Program-made: the position numbers and the translations under genes
Shown here: positions 1-13,756 of the stretch, piece by piece
Numbering within the stretch: the first letter of the stretch is position 1
Layout of the letters: each line of letters begins with the position of its first letter
Assembly: GCA_964016885.1 (NCBI GenBank)
Contig: OZ024741.1
Location: forward strand, 289,602,001-289,666,000
DNA: 64,000 nt
Source of the DNA: Eledone cirrhosa
Lineage: Eukaryota
Reading direction: 5' to 3'
Notes under the pieces: generated by a model
Seen by the model: the letters and a program-made list of their open reading frames with translations, nothing else
Database searches by the model: none
Told to the model about the DNA's origin: nothing

Positions 1-75
<75 letters not shown>

Positions 76-76
76 C

Positions 77-122
<46 letters not shown>

Positions 123-794
123 ATTTCCCCATTCAGTATACCGTTATACAACACACACGTGCACCGTTAGGATTGTTCTCCGGGAGACTCAATGTGAGAC
201 ATTGATTAACACATCAAGCCCTTTGAAATACAGGTGCAACTTATCTTTGCTTGCTGAATTGACTAGAGAAACGTGAAATAAATTGTCTTGTCCAAGGACA
301 TAACGCGCCGGTAATCGAACTCATGCTGCCACACCTCAAACTCTAATCTATGTGACTTCACATTGTCGAGAACTACTACAACATCTCATATGTTCGTTTA
401 TTGTTGGGATGAAATCATTTGGCTGTTATTTCTAGTAAATACAACGACCACTTCCAGGTGTCTTTTGTTGCTGTGGTTGTAGTAGTAGCATGTTTGTTTT
501 CCCCGCCACGCCGTCATCTCAACTTACCGCTCCATCACCTTGCGCAAGTATGCTTAAATGCACACTGGAAAACAAATGCAAACACGTTTACAATTGCACC
601 TGGTCAGTGATGCATGACGTTACAGACGATATGGGCAGCCAAGCAGCATCATGCTTTCAGCTCCACCAGTTTGCAGTAAAATAAAAACAAACAAAAAATG
701 AACTTTCGGTGACAAAATTGGTGATGACTATGAGATATTTTCTGCTGTGTAAGCAGTCAATCACAAACAAGCACGCACACACAAACACATACAC

Positions 795-935
<141 letters not shown>

Positions 936-1829
936 CATATGTATATGTATATGTATATATATCCTGTCATTTTGCTCTATAATATAATATATATAATATA
1001 TGTTATTATATATTATTTTTATATCGTATAATACAACATGATATGATTATTTCTAAATTAGACAAAAAGGCTACCAATTTTGGGGAAGGAAAAATCGAAT
1101 ATATGGACCCAAATACAATACTGGCACTTCATGCCATCCATTTGATCAGCAATTCTGAGTCTGTCTATAGTCATTTTCGATAATGACTAAAGCTAGAATC
1201 GATGCATACCTTTTCAGCAGTTGATGTTTAGCTTTCCATAAACTATTGGCTGATTTTTACCAATATTCTATCATTTTGGCGTGGATGCAGCATGACCAAA
1301 TGGTTATGGCATTTGCTTCAAAATCATTAGGTCCCTGCTGCAATCACACAGAAAACGTGAACTAGAGTCATTTAGCATGGTCTCTTGCCGACGTATATAT
1401 TCCTTGTGAGTCAAATTTTGCATACAGAAACTGTACGATTCCAGTCTTATATAGTGTAACTGTCATTGAAAGGAGCACTTTGTTGCACAATGTGTGACAT
1501 TGAATCTCTCTGAGAATTACGCAAAGGTTATACCTGAGTGTAGAATGCTCAGGCATTTGCACGTTAATTTCATGAGCATATGATATTTCGTTGATCAAAC
1601 AACTGGAACACATCTCTTCGAAACTAATGGATGTCCATCGGTCATTTAGGTATTGTATAAATGTGGAACCCATTTCCTCCTTTATCAACACATCAATCTC
1701 TGTGTCTTCCCTCAGATCATTCAGCACATCCATCAGGTTATCGCTGCTGTTAATATCAGGTAATCTAGAGAATGGACATTTCATTCAGCTTCGAACATTC
1801 TATTGTCTAAAACAAAAAGTCTAAAATCT

Positions 1830-2075
1830 GTCTCGAGTAGGGAGGCTCATCCGGTCGGTGCGTATCCTAGTTTTCACGGTGTTAAGCAGCTCAAAGGCTA
1901 GAATTTCTCCCTGGACATGACGCCAGTCCACCTCAGGGTTAAATCTCCAGATATTGTTGGTACTCATTTTCAGCTGAGTATATTTGAACAACGTGAAATT
2001 GAAACCCAATCCAGGAATCGAATACACGACATTATAATCGTAATTTCAACACCCTTACCACTAGGCCACACGCTT
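1830..2075 (-). mobile_element. Second tRNA-derived SINE family, old copy
   Basis: Minus strand A box TGGCCTAGTGG, B-box-like TTCGATTCC, then TTTCACGTTG..CTCAGCTG..AATGAGTACC. Relatives near 190-360, 17050-17240, 49048-49392, 55895-55985 and 60915-61140. Confidence 0.6.
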
Positions 2076-2404
2076 CAGCTTCTCGAGTTTAGGCATATTC
2101 GTTTTATTCTCGGTCGATTCCTTTTTTTTTACTTTCATCGATGGTTTTGTAATCGTCCTTAGTCTAACTTTTCTCAATTTCTCTACAAGACGATGCAATA
2201 AACCTGTTGATTGTAATCTGTACTAAAGGAGGAGATTTTGTGTTTTTCGGTGCTCCGCCTAGTCATCAGATATACCACTGGTGTTGGTCGTAATGAGAAG
2301 AAACTAATGTACTTCTGCTCTGGATATTCTTGAAGTTGCGACCAGAGGCTGTGTGGAAACAGAGGATAGGATCTGAGTCATGCTATCATTGTTGTACAGT
2401 CAAA

Positions 2405-2542
2405 TGCTGTATGCTGTCTATGGTCTGAGTTCAAATCTCGCCGAGGTTAACTTTGCCTTTCATCCTTACAGGGTCGATAAAATAAAGTACCAGTAATACA
2501 CTGGGTAATTGCTGGCCTTGTGCCAAAGGTAGAAACATTATT
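2405..2542 (+). mobile_element. SINE copy, 5'-truncated short form
   Basis: Same body and tail as the 13.7-15.5 kb cluster. Confidence 0.8.
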
Positions 2543-2991
2543 TCTGTTATTTTTCACGTTTCATCTTAATATGGACTGCACATTTTTCTTTATTTCCATA
2601 GCCGTTGCAGCATGGCCTTCTGTATTGCATATCAGATGTAATTGGTATCGTTTCCGCTTTCCGTTTGGAACACAACATTGGGATAGCTCGGTGGTCTTCA
2701 GGAATACTCAGAACATAAACGTTCTTGTAAATTCCATCCAAGCACATTTTAGTACAGGACACCTCCTTGCACATGTACTAGCTGCATTGAACTGCTAAAC
2801 TATCAAGAATCCAAGGATTAAGACAGGCAGCAATAATGCTAGGTGTAAGGCTTATGTTCGGCATTAACATGCACTAAGGCACAAATATATATGCAGGTGT
2901 ATATCACACGAAATGTGACGGCCTGTTGAATTCAAACTTAATCTATCTTGATAATCAAAAACCTGCTACGACATGTCTTCACGTAAACCTT

Positions 2992-3062
<71 letters not shown>

Positions 3063-3184
3063 CCCCCCCACACACACACCCCCACACACCCACACCCACA
3101 CACGCACAGACACACGCACGAACCCATGTATGTATTATGTGTGTGTGTGTGTGTGCGTGAGTAGGAATGTGCGCTGCTTTTTTG

Positions 3185-3236
<52 letters not shown>

Positions 3237-3464
3237 AACGTACGCACACACATTCATACGTACATACATACATACACAAATACATACATATACGTATACA
3301 TATATAAACTAAAGGCAAGAAAAGACCAGTGAGCAATATCTAACATGCTAAACGAGCTTCCATATTGATCGATATCAAATAATATTTCAGTCAGATTTCG
3401 AACTAATCAGAATAGATAAATATATAGAAACAACAAAACAAAAGCAACAATAACAAGAAAGTCG

Positions 3465-5520
3465 ATGACGACGATGATGAGGTTGATCATGTGGTTGATG
3501 ATGACGATGGCTATGATGATGTTTATGTTGATGTTGATGGTGATGGTGATAATGATGATGATGTTGATGGTGATGATGATAATGATGATGTTGTTGATGG
3601 TGATGATGATAATGATGATGTTGTTGATGGTGATGATGATAATGATGATGTTGTTGATGGTGATGATGATAATGATGATGATGTTGATGGTGATGATGAT
3701 AATGATGATGGTGATGGTGATGATGATAATGATGGTGATGATGATGATGATAATGATGTTGTTGATGGTGATGATGATAATGATGATGATGTTGATGATG
3801 ATGATAATGATGATGGTGTTGATGGTGATGATGATAATGATGATGATGTTGATGATGATGATGATAATGATGATGTTGATGGTGATGATGATAATGATGA
3901 TGATGTTGATGATGATGATGATAATGATGATGTTGATGGTGATGATGATAATGATGATGGTGTTGATGGTGATGATGATAATGATGATGATGATGATGGT
4001 GATGATGATAATGATGATGTTGATGGTGATGATGATAATGATGATGGTGTTGATGGTGATGATGATAATGATGATGATGTTGATGATGATGATGATAATG
4101 ATGATGTTGATGGTGATGATGATAATGATGATGATGGTGATGATGATAATGATGATGTTGATGGTGATGATGATAATGATGATGTTGATGGTGATGATGA
4201 TAATGATGATGATGGTGATGATGATAATGATGGTGTTGATGGTGATGATGATAATGATGGTGATGATGATGATGATAATGATGATGTTGATGGTGATGAT
4301 GATAATGATGATGTTGATGGTGATGATGATAATGATGATGATGGTGATGATGATAATGATGGTGTTGATGGTGATGATGATAATGATGATGGTGTTGATG
4401 GTGATGATGATAATGATGATGATGTTGATGATGATAATGATGATGTTGATGGTGATGATGATAATGATGATGTTGATGGTGATGATGATAATGATGATGA
4501 TGGTGATGATGATAATGATGGTGTTGATGGTGATGATGATAATGATGATGGTGTTGATGGTGATGATGATAATGATGATGATGTTGATGATGATAATGAT
4601 AATGATGATGTTGATGGTGATGATGATAATGATGATGATGTTGATGATGATGATGATAATGATGATGGTGTTGATGGTGATGATGATAATGATGATGATG
4701 TTGATGATGATGATGATAATGATGATGTTGATGGTGATGATGATAATGATGATGATGTTGATGATGATGATGATAATGATGATGTTGATGGTGATGATGA
4801 TAATGATGATGGTGTTGATGGTGATGATGATAATGATGATGATGTTGATGATGATGATGATAATGATGATGTTGATGGTGATGATGATAATGATGATGAT
4901 GGTGATGATGATAATGATGATGTTGATGGTGATGATGATAATGATGATGTTGATGGTGATGATGATAATGATGATGATGGTGATGATGATAATGATGGTG
5001 TTGATGGTGATGATGATAATGATGATGGTGTTGATGGTGATGATGATAATGATGATGATGTTGATGGTGACGATGTTGATGGTGATGATGATGATGATAA
5101 TGATGATGGTGATGGTGATGATGATAATGATGATGATGTTGATGGTGATGATGATAATGATGATGTTGATGATAATGATGATGTTGATGGTGATGACGAT
5201 AATGATGATGTTGATGGTGATGATGATAATGATGATGTTGATGGTGATGATGATGATAATGATGATGGTGTTGATGGTGATGATGATAATGATGATGTTG
5301 ATGGTGATGATGATGATAATGATGATGATGTTGATGGTGATGATGATAATGATAATGGTGATGAAGTTGATATTGATGATGAGGATAGTGAAGAGGTGGA
5401 TAATGATGGTGATGTTGAATATGAGGATCTTCATGATGATGATTATGATGAAGATGACGATGATGATCAAGATGGTGTTTATGAGGAAGATGACAAAGAT
5501 GATGATGATGGTGATAAATT
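3465..5520. repeat. (GAT)n-derived minisatellite with ~27-33-bp higher-order unit
   Basis: GTT GAT GGT GAT GAT GAT AAT GAT GAT (GAT) repeated over 2 kb. Confidence 0.95.
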
Positions 5521-5617
5521 TTGATATAACAAAAAAATTATCAAAAAAAATCCATCTTAACGTAGGCAGTTTCTGTGAAGTACAAGAAAACCTTGCAAAG
5601 TTTCAATATAATATCTA

Positions 5618-5699
<82 letters not shown>

Positions 5700-5900
5700 T
5701 ATGTTTGTTTACTTGTCTCGCTCGCTTTACACGATTTACTTGTCCCAATAGCTTTATTTAGCTATTGCTCGCACCAGCTGGAGATATATGATTTTTAAAG
5801 CGACGAAATACCAATGAAGGTTGGAAAATCACTGATGAAGGACTATTTTTATCATATGTAACCCATGTGCAACCACGCAGTATTCTTTCTTCTCATGTTT

Positions 5901-5932
<32 letters not shown>

Positions 5933-5935
<3 letters not shown>

Positions 5936-6100
5936 CTGAGGAAATGTGGTAAGGAGCCAGGTGGACCATAACGCACTGAAGTACTCAATACTTAGGGTAG
6001 TAGAGTGGGTAATAGGAACGAGTAGGACCCCAACGGCTGAGCTCAGTCCAGAATTAGCCGTCGAAACGGGTTGAGCTCAGCCGTCGGGGTCCTACTCGTT

Positions 6101-6105
<5 letters not shown>
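5933..6105. mobile_element. Palindromic family copy (subfamily A), right arm ends at GTTCCTAT
   Basis: Homologous to 19896-20170, (AT)n on both sides, internal deletion in the hairpin. Confidence 0.85.
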
Positions 6106-6179
<74 letters not shown>

Positions 6180-6376
6180 ATAGATAGATGGATACATAGG
6201 TAGTTATCTTCTTTTCCCGTATTTCCTGAATGAAAAGGAATGTCTATATTTTAATCAAAGAGTTTTTAGAACTTTGCCTGACTAACCGTTTCCTTATTCC
6301 AATATTTCTTGGTTTTCTTCTTTTAATACTTCCCACTCTCCCACTACAAGCCCAACCTTTTGCCTTCTAACTTCCG

Positions 6377-6418
<42 letters not shown>

Positions 6419-6419
6419 G

Positions 6420-6461
<42 letters not shown>

Positions 6462-6491
6462 TCATATATATATATATACTGTATATATTTA

Positions 6492-6553
<62 letters not shown>

Positions 6554-6575
6554 TACATTTATGAGCATGTCCGTG

Positions 6576-6677
<102 letters not shown>

Positions 6678-7001
6678 TGTGTTTTTGTGTGTGTATACAC
6701 AGAATGTGTTGCTTCTCTGCAACCCAGACAGAAATGACAAAAACTACCTTTGAAATTCCCTGAAGTCTTCAGGAAAATATCTGTCAGCCTTGTTGTCAGT
6801 CAGTCTGCCTCTCTCTCTATCTCATTCATCTATCTATACCTTTCTCCAAATTTACGATATGTATTCTCTCTCATACACATTCCCACCCACACAAACTTAT
6901 ATTTACACGTACACACACATACACACACATACACACACGCCCATATACATAACCTCCCACCACAGACTCATATATATATATATATATATATATGTATATC
7001 T

Positions 7002-7032
<31 letters not shown>

Positions 7033-7092
7033 CACATATATATATACATGTTTATACATATATGTATATAAATGTATATATACATATGTATA

Positions 7093-7172
<80 letters not shown>

Positions 7173-7189
7173 TATATATATGAATATTT

Positions 7190-7223
<34 letters not shown>

Positions 7224-7243
7224 TCACACACATATATATATAT

Positions 7244-7295
<52 letters not shown>

Positions 7296-7574
7296 ATATA
7301 CACATATATATGTATACATGCATACAACCATACTTATATACATACATACAAACATGCATACATACATACATATATACGTACATACATACATACATGCATA
7401 CATATACACATACATACATACATAAATACATACATACACACATTCATAAATACACACATTCATAAATACATACATAAATACATACATACATAAATACATA
7501 CATACATAAATACATACATACATACATACATACATAAGTACATACACACGTACACACATACATACATACATACA

Positions 7575-7605
<31 letters not shown>

Positions 7606-7879
7606 GTACATACATACATATGTACATACATATATACATACATACATAAATACATACATACATACACACATATATAAATACATACATATGTACATATAGT
7701 ATAAATAACACAGCCGTAAACCCTTCATTAATGCAAACACCCTTAGACCTGTTAAGGAAAATCTCTTTTTTTACACGATTACTACTGCCATATATTCATT
7801 TATGTGTTTGTGTATGTATGTTATTTTTACCGCCTCTTGCCGACACCCCCCCAACACCACCATTATTACCATCATCAGC

Positions 7880-9050
7880 TCTAGTGCTACCACCATCACC
7901 ATCGCCATCACCATCACCAGGTACACCATCACCATTACCATCGCCATCACCATCACCAGGTACACCATCACCATCACCATCACCATCACCAGGTACACCA
8001 TCACCATCACCAGGTACACCATCACCATCACCAGGTACACCATCACCATCACCATCACCATCACCAGGTACACCATCACCATCACCAGGTACACCATCAC
8101 CATCACCATCACCATCACCAGGTACGCCATCACCATCACCATCACCAGGTACACCATCACCATCGCCATCACCATCACCAAGTACACCATCACCATCACC
8201 ATCGCCATCACCATCACCATCACCAGGTACACCATCACCATCACCATCGCCATCACCATCACCAGGTACACCATCACCATCACCATCACCAGGTACACCA
8301 TCACCATCGCCATCACCATCACCATCACCATCACCTTCACCATCACCATCGCCATCACCATCACCATCACCAGGTACACAATCACCATCACCATCGCCAT
8401 CACCATCACCATCACCATCACCATCACCATCACCATCACCAGGTACACCATCACCATCACCATCGCCATCACCATCACCAGGTACACCATCACCATCACC
8501 ATCACCAGGTACACCATCAGCATCGCCATCACCATCACCATCACCATCACCTTCACCATCACCATCACCATCACCATCACCAGGTACACCATCACCATCA
8601 CCATCACCAGGTACACCATCACCATCACCATCGCCATCACCATCACCATCACCATCACCATCACCATCACCATCACCATCACCAGGTACACCATCACCAT
8701 CACCACCACCATCACCATCACCATCACCATCACCAGGTACACCATCACCATCACCATCACCAGGTACACCATCACCATCACCATCACCAGGTACACCATC
8801 ACCATCACCAGGTACACCATCACCATCACCATCGCCATCACCATCACCAGGTACACCATCACCATCACCATCACCATCACCATCACCATCATCATCACCA
8901 TCACCATAACCATCACACTCATCAGCATCACCATCACCATCACCACCATCATCACCATCACCATCACCATCATCATCACCATCACCATCACCATCATTAT
9001 CACCATCACCATCACCAACACTACCATCACCAACACTACCATCACCACCA
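7880..9050. repeat. (CCATCA)n array punctuated by CCAGGTACA
   Basis: Read directly from the sequence. Confidence 0.95.
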
Positions 9051-9229
9051 TTACCAGTATCAGAATCACAATAATAACCATCACCATCACGTCCACCGTT
9101 GCCAAAATCCTCCTCCTCCTCCTACTCCTCCTCCTCCTCCTACTCATCATCATCATCAGTACCAGCAACATCAGAAGCACCATCGCCATCCTCATCACCA
9201 CCATGAATATCCCCATCGCTCCAAACGCA

Positions 9230-11250
9230 ACCAACACCATCATGAAAGCCACCAGCAACACCACAAACATCACCATCGACTCCAGCACCACCACCACCGC
9301 CACCACCATCACTACAATTACCAACACCATCATGAAAGCCACCAGCAACACCACAAACATCACCATCGACTCCAGCACCACCACCACCGCCACCACCATC
9401 ACTACAATTACCAACACCATCATGAAAGCCACCAACAACACCACAAACATCACCATCGACTCCAGCACCAGCACCACCGCCACCACCATCACTACAATTA
9501 CCAACACCATCATGAAAGCCACCAGCAACACCACAAACATCACCATCGACTCCAGCACCAGCACCACCGCCACCACCATCACTACAATTACCAACACCAT
9601 CATGAAAGCCACCAGCAACACCACAAACATCACCATCGACTCCAGCACCAGCACCACCGCCACCACCATCACTACAATTACCAACACCATCATGAAAGCC
9701 ACCAACAACACCACAAACATCACCATCGACTCCAGCACCACCACCACCGCCACCACCATCACTACAATTACCAACACCATCATGAAAGCCACCAGCAACA
9801 CCACAAACATCACCATCGACTCCAGCACCAGCACCACCACCACCACCATCACTACAATTACCAACACCATCATGAAAGCCACCAGCAACACCACAAACAT
9901 CACCATCGACTCCAGCACCAGCAACACCGCCACCACCATCACTACAATTACCAACACCATCATGAAAGCCACCAGCAACACCACAAACATCACCATCGAC
10001 TCCAGCACCACCACCACCACCGCCACCATCACTACAATTACCAACACCATCATGAAAGCCACCAGCAACACCACAAACATCACCATCGACTCCAGCACCA
10101 CCACCACCACCGCCACCACCATCACTACAATTACCAACACCATCATGAAAGCCACCAGCAACACCACAAACATCACCATCGACTCCAGCACCAGCACCAC
10201 CGCCACCACCATCACTACAATTACCAACACCATCATGAAAGCCACCAGCAACACCACAAACATCACCATCGACTCCAGCACCAGCACCACCACCACCACC
10301 ATCACTACAATTACCAACACCATCATGAAAGCCACCAGCAACACCACAAACATCACCATCGACTCCAGCACCACCACCACCACCGCCGCCACCACCATCA
10401 CTACAATTACCAACACCATCATGAAAGCCACCAGCAACACCACAAACATCACCATCGACTCCAGCACCACCACCACCACCGCCACCACCATCACTACAAT
10501 TACCAACACCATCATGAAAGCCACCAGCAACACCACAAACATCACCATCGACTCCAGCACCACCACCACCACCGCCACCACCATCACTACAATTACCAAC
10601 ACCATCATGAAAGCCACCAGCAACACCACAAACATCACCATCGACTCCAGCACCACCACCACCACCGCCACCACCATCACTACAATTACCAACACCATCA
10701 TGAAAGCCACCAGCAACACCACAAACATCACCATCGACTCCAGCACCACCACCACCACCGCCACCACCATCACTACAATTACCAACACCATCATGAAAGC
10801 CACCAGCAACACCACAAACATCACCATCGACTCCAGCACCAGCAACACCGCCACCACCATCACTACAATTACCAACACCATCATGAAAGCCACCAGCAAC
10901 ACCACAAACATCACCATCGACTCCAGCACCACCACCACCACCGCCACCACCATCACTACAATTACCAACACCATCATGAAAGCCACCAGCAACACCACAA
11001 ACATCACCATCGACTCCAGCACCAGCACCACCACCACCACCATCACTACAATTACCAACACCATCATGAAAGCCACCAGCAACACCACAAACATCACCAT
11101 CGACTCCAGCACCACCACCACCACCGCCACCACCATCACTACAATTACCAACACCATCATGAAAGCCACCAGCAACACCACAAACATCACCATCGACTCC
11201 AGCACCAGCAACACCGCCACCACCATCACTACAATTACCAACACCATCAT
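9230..11250. repeat. Homogeneous 90-96-bp minisatellite, about 22 units
   Basis: ACCAACACCATCATGAAAGCCACCAGCAACACCACAAACATCACCATCGACTCCAGC... repeated. Length variants are multiples of 3 in a CAC run. Confidence 0.95.
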
Positions 11251-11421
11251 CATCACCCCACTAAACAAGGCCAGTACTCAAACTCTTACAACCAACACTA
11301 CTAAAATCATTATCATCAATACCTCCACCACCGCCACTACCACCACCATTACCCCAACTACCATCGCCACCAGTACAGGCAGCACTAACCGCCACCACCA
11401 CCACCGCCATCACCGTTACTG

Positions 11422-11453
<32 letters not shown>

Positions 11454-11544
11454 CACACCAATACTCCTCCTTTTACCAACAAAAATAATCACAATCACTC
11501 ACTGCTTTATCAAACTGTCAATCTATCTATCTATATATCTAGGC

Positions 11545-11578
<34 letters not shown>

Positions 11579-11580
<2 letters not shown>

Positions 11581-11683
11581 AGGACGGGTAAAATTCCCGA
11601 GATCCATGGACGAGTTCTCTCCAGCGGTCTCTGTCCCTCATTGTCTCTGCCATGTCCTGCGTCTCCAACATGTTGATGCCCTA

Positions 11684-11688
<5 letters not shown>
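11579..11688 (-). mobile_element. 110-bp 3' end of an RTE-type LINE in (AT)n
   Basis: Minus frame GINMLETQDMAETMRDRDRWRELVHGSREFYPS-stop resembles the RTE-type C-terminal DRxxWR motif. Confidence 0.55.
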
Positions 11689-11728
<40 letters not shown>

Positions 11729-11731
<3 letters not shown>

Positions 11732-11954
11732 GGAGGTGAGTTTTATTGTAGTACAATAAAGCAATGCAGATATCGGATAAGTAGCACTCTACAGTTTGTA
11801 GGACTGGAGTATAAATAATATATAAGATCAAAAGATGGTTAAAAGAGTTCCATGTATTTATCTGACGAAAACGCAAATGTTATTGCATGATGATATTTGT
11901 ATTTGAAATGCGCATAATAAAATACATGGAACTCTTTTAACCATCTTTTGATCT

Positions 11955-11963
<9 letters not shown>
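11729..11963. mobile_element. (AT)n-flanked fold-back PLE-like remnant around the hammerhead
   Basis: About 40-bp perfect inverted arms (11820-11859 and 11920-11960) extend stem I. The left arm carries ~90 bp of extra sequence. Confidence 0.65.
11857..11921 (+). ncRNA. Type I hammerhead ribozyme, PLE-type, long stem II
   Basis: TTTAT-CTGACGA-[AAACGCAAATGTTAT..ATGATATTTGTATTT]-GAAA-TGCGCA-TA-ATAAA. Complete core, stem I TTTAT/ATAAA, palindromic stem III, AUA cleavage triplet. Confidence 0.8.
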
Positions 11964-12031
<68 letters not shown>

Positions 12032-12296
12032 TATGTATGAATACGTACATATATATATGTATACAGACGTACAGTAGTATGTATATATATATATATATAC
12101 ATGCACATATATATATATGTACGTATGGGTTTATCGAACACTTATTATAATGCTCGGTTTGTTTGTAAACAAACAGCCCGAATTATGCCATACAGTGTTC
12201 AGGCAACCACCGTCACCTTTTTGTTCAACACTGACACAGGAACGATGTAGTAGCCGTACTAAGAGTGAGAAATGAAATTTCGTTTCATTCTTTTTC

Positions 12297-12356
<60 letters not shown>

Positions 12357-12396
12357 ATCTATCTATATGTCTGTCTGTTTGTCTATCTATCTATCT

Positions 12397-12986
12397 CCGG
12401 GCGTAACCGACCTGTAGAACTATGCAGAACAACTGTTGTCGCGTATGGGACAAATCCAGTTGACTGCCGAGTCCATAGTAAGGATCAAACCGCCAACCTC
12501 TTTCAACAACGAAAGACAAGCGGTTTTCCTCTGTACAGTGGCTATGGTGAAAGAGGTTATATGGTGGACGAGATTGAGAGGACTGAGAACAGATGTCTTT
12601 CTATCCGGACAACAATTGATTCCCTTCTTTAAGTATCACTTTAGAAGGAGAATCAGAGTGGAGAGGTACTGCACTCCAGTAAATTTACTGAAAGGTGGGT
12701 GAATGAAGCGAAAATGGCCCGAGTGATTGGGCCTTCTCTGTTTATAAGCCTGTAGGTTAAAGAAGAGAGCAAAAGAAAGAAGGGAGCACTTGCGCAACAT
12801 GCTCCTGAAGTTCAGGGCTGTTCTATCAACGGGGTATTAAACAACCCATTTGTGGCGTCTCTCGCCTATTGGGGATTTCGATTGTTATAATTGTTTGTTT
12901 TATATTTTTTTTTTACATGTAAAATCCGCGGCATGTGTCTTTGTATTTTCCCCTTTTCTTGTATGCCCTTGTGGCAAATAAAGAAA
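12397..12986 (+). mobile_element. 5'-truncated diverged copy of the Tx1-type LINE
   Basis: ORF 12436-12702 (KEVIWWTRLRGLR..FLSGQQLIPFFKYHFRRRIR) matches the ORF2 C-terminus. Preceded by CTATCTATCTATCT, ends GTGGCAAATAAAGAAA. Confidence 0.88.
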
Positions 12987-13047
12987 TATATCTATATACC
13001 TATCTGTCTGTCTGTCTATCTATCTGTCTGTATATCTCTCTCTCTCT

Positions 13048-13101
<54 letters not shown>

Positions 13102-13393
13102 GGGGGAGAGATAGATATAGGTATAAATGTATCTAAGTGTACATATGAGAGTGTTCATAGTGTGTATATGTGTGTGTATATGCACAACACCCCTCCTAGC
13201 CTCTATATGTCTACATTCCTTCAGTGATTCTACTCATCCTTTATACACAGCCACACATACACACACATGTTCATTTATTTATTATTTTTATTATGCAGTG
13301 TGGTGGAGTGGGGTGGCCGTTCTCGAAACACTGTACTGTTTGCATCTGTTTATTTAATATAGTCTTTTATATTTTGAATGTTATATCATTGTC

Positions 13394-13433
<40 letters not shown>

Positions 13434-13641
13434 CTATGTTGATGATGATCATCATCATCAACACTATCAACGTCTAGTCAACGTCGTCGTCATCATCATC
13501 ACCAACTTGTTCACTATTCGTAATTATTATATAATTTAAAATTTGCTTAACGCCAGCTGCTTATGATGTCTACTGCATTCAATGTGCGTGTCCTTGTGGC
13601 TAATAAAGATACTACAACTACTACTACTGTTCCTGCTGGTG

Positions 13642-13697
<56 letters not shown>

Positions 13698-13756
13698 GCT
13701 GCTACTACTGCTACTACTACTACTGCTACTACTGATTCTACTACTACTAATAATAA

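Larger units (their letters stand above)
1620..2870 (-). pseudogene. Possible heavily decayed intronless EMI plus fasciclin (periostin/TGFBI-like) pseudogene, interrupted by two SINEs
   Basis: Minus-strand fragments in order: LALLLPVLILGFLIV (signal-like), QYRRPCCNGYGNKEKC (CCxGY), FEA..NVHSLDYLIL (FAS1 H2-like), DNLMDVLNDL. Needs several frameshifts. Confidence 0.3.

Noticed and set aside
1821-2027. 68-aa ORF as a protein
   Set aside because: Lies inside a tRNA-derived SINE.
2240-2275. Minus-strand CTGATGA..CCGAAA as a hammerhead
   Set aside because: No convincing stem I, stem III or cleavage triplet.
3491-5524. 677-aa Asp-rich biomineralisation-like protein
   Set aside because: GAT repeats are stop-free in this frame by composition. 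Other frames are also open, and there is no signal peptide or splice evidence.
5828-5870. CTGATGAAGG in an (AT)n-flanked island
   Set aside because: No downstream GAAA or stem II closure. At best a deleted remnant.
7731-11488. Mucin- or extensin-like CDS (392, 1165 and 1228 aa ORFs)
   Set aside because: Overlapping ORFs on both strands arise from CAC/CAT repeats and start in microsatellite sequence.
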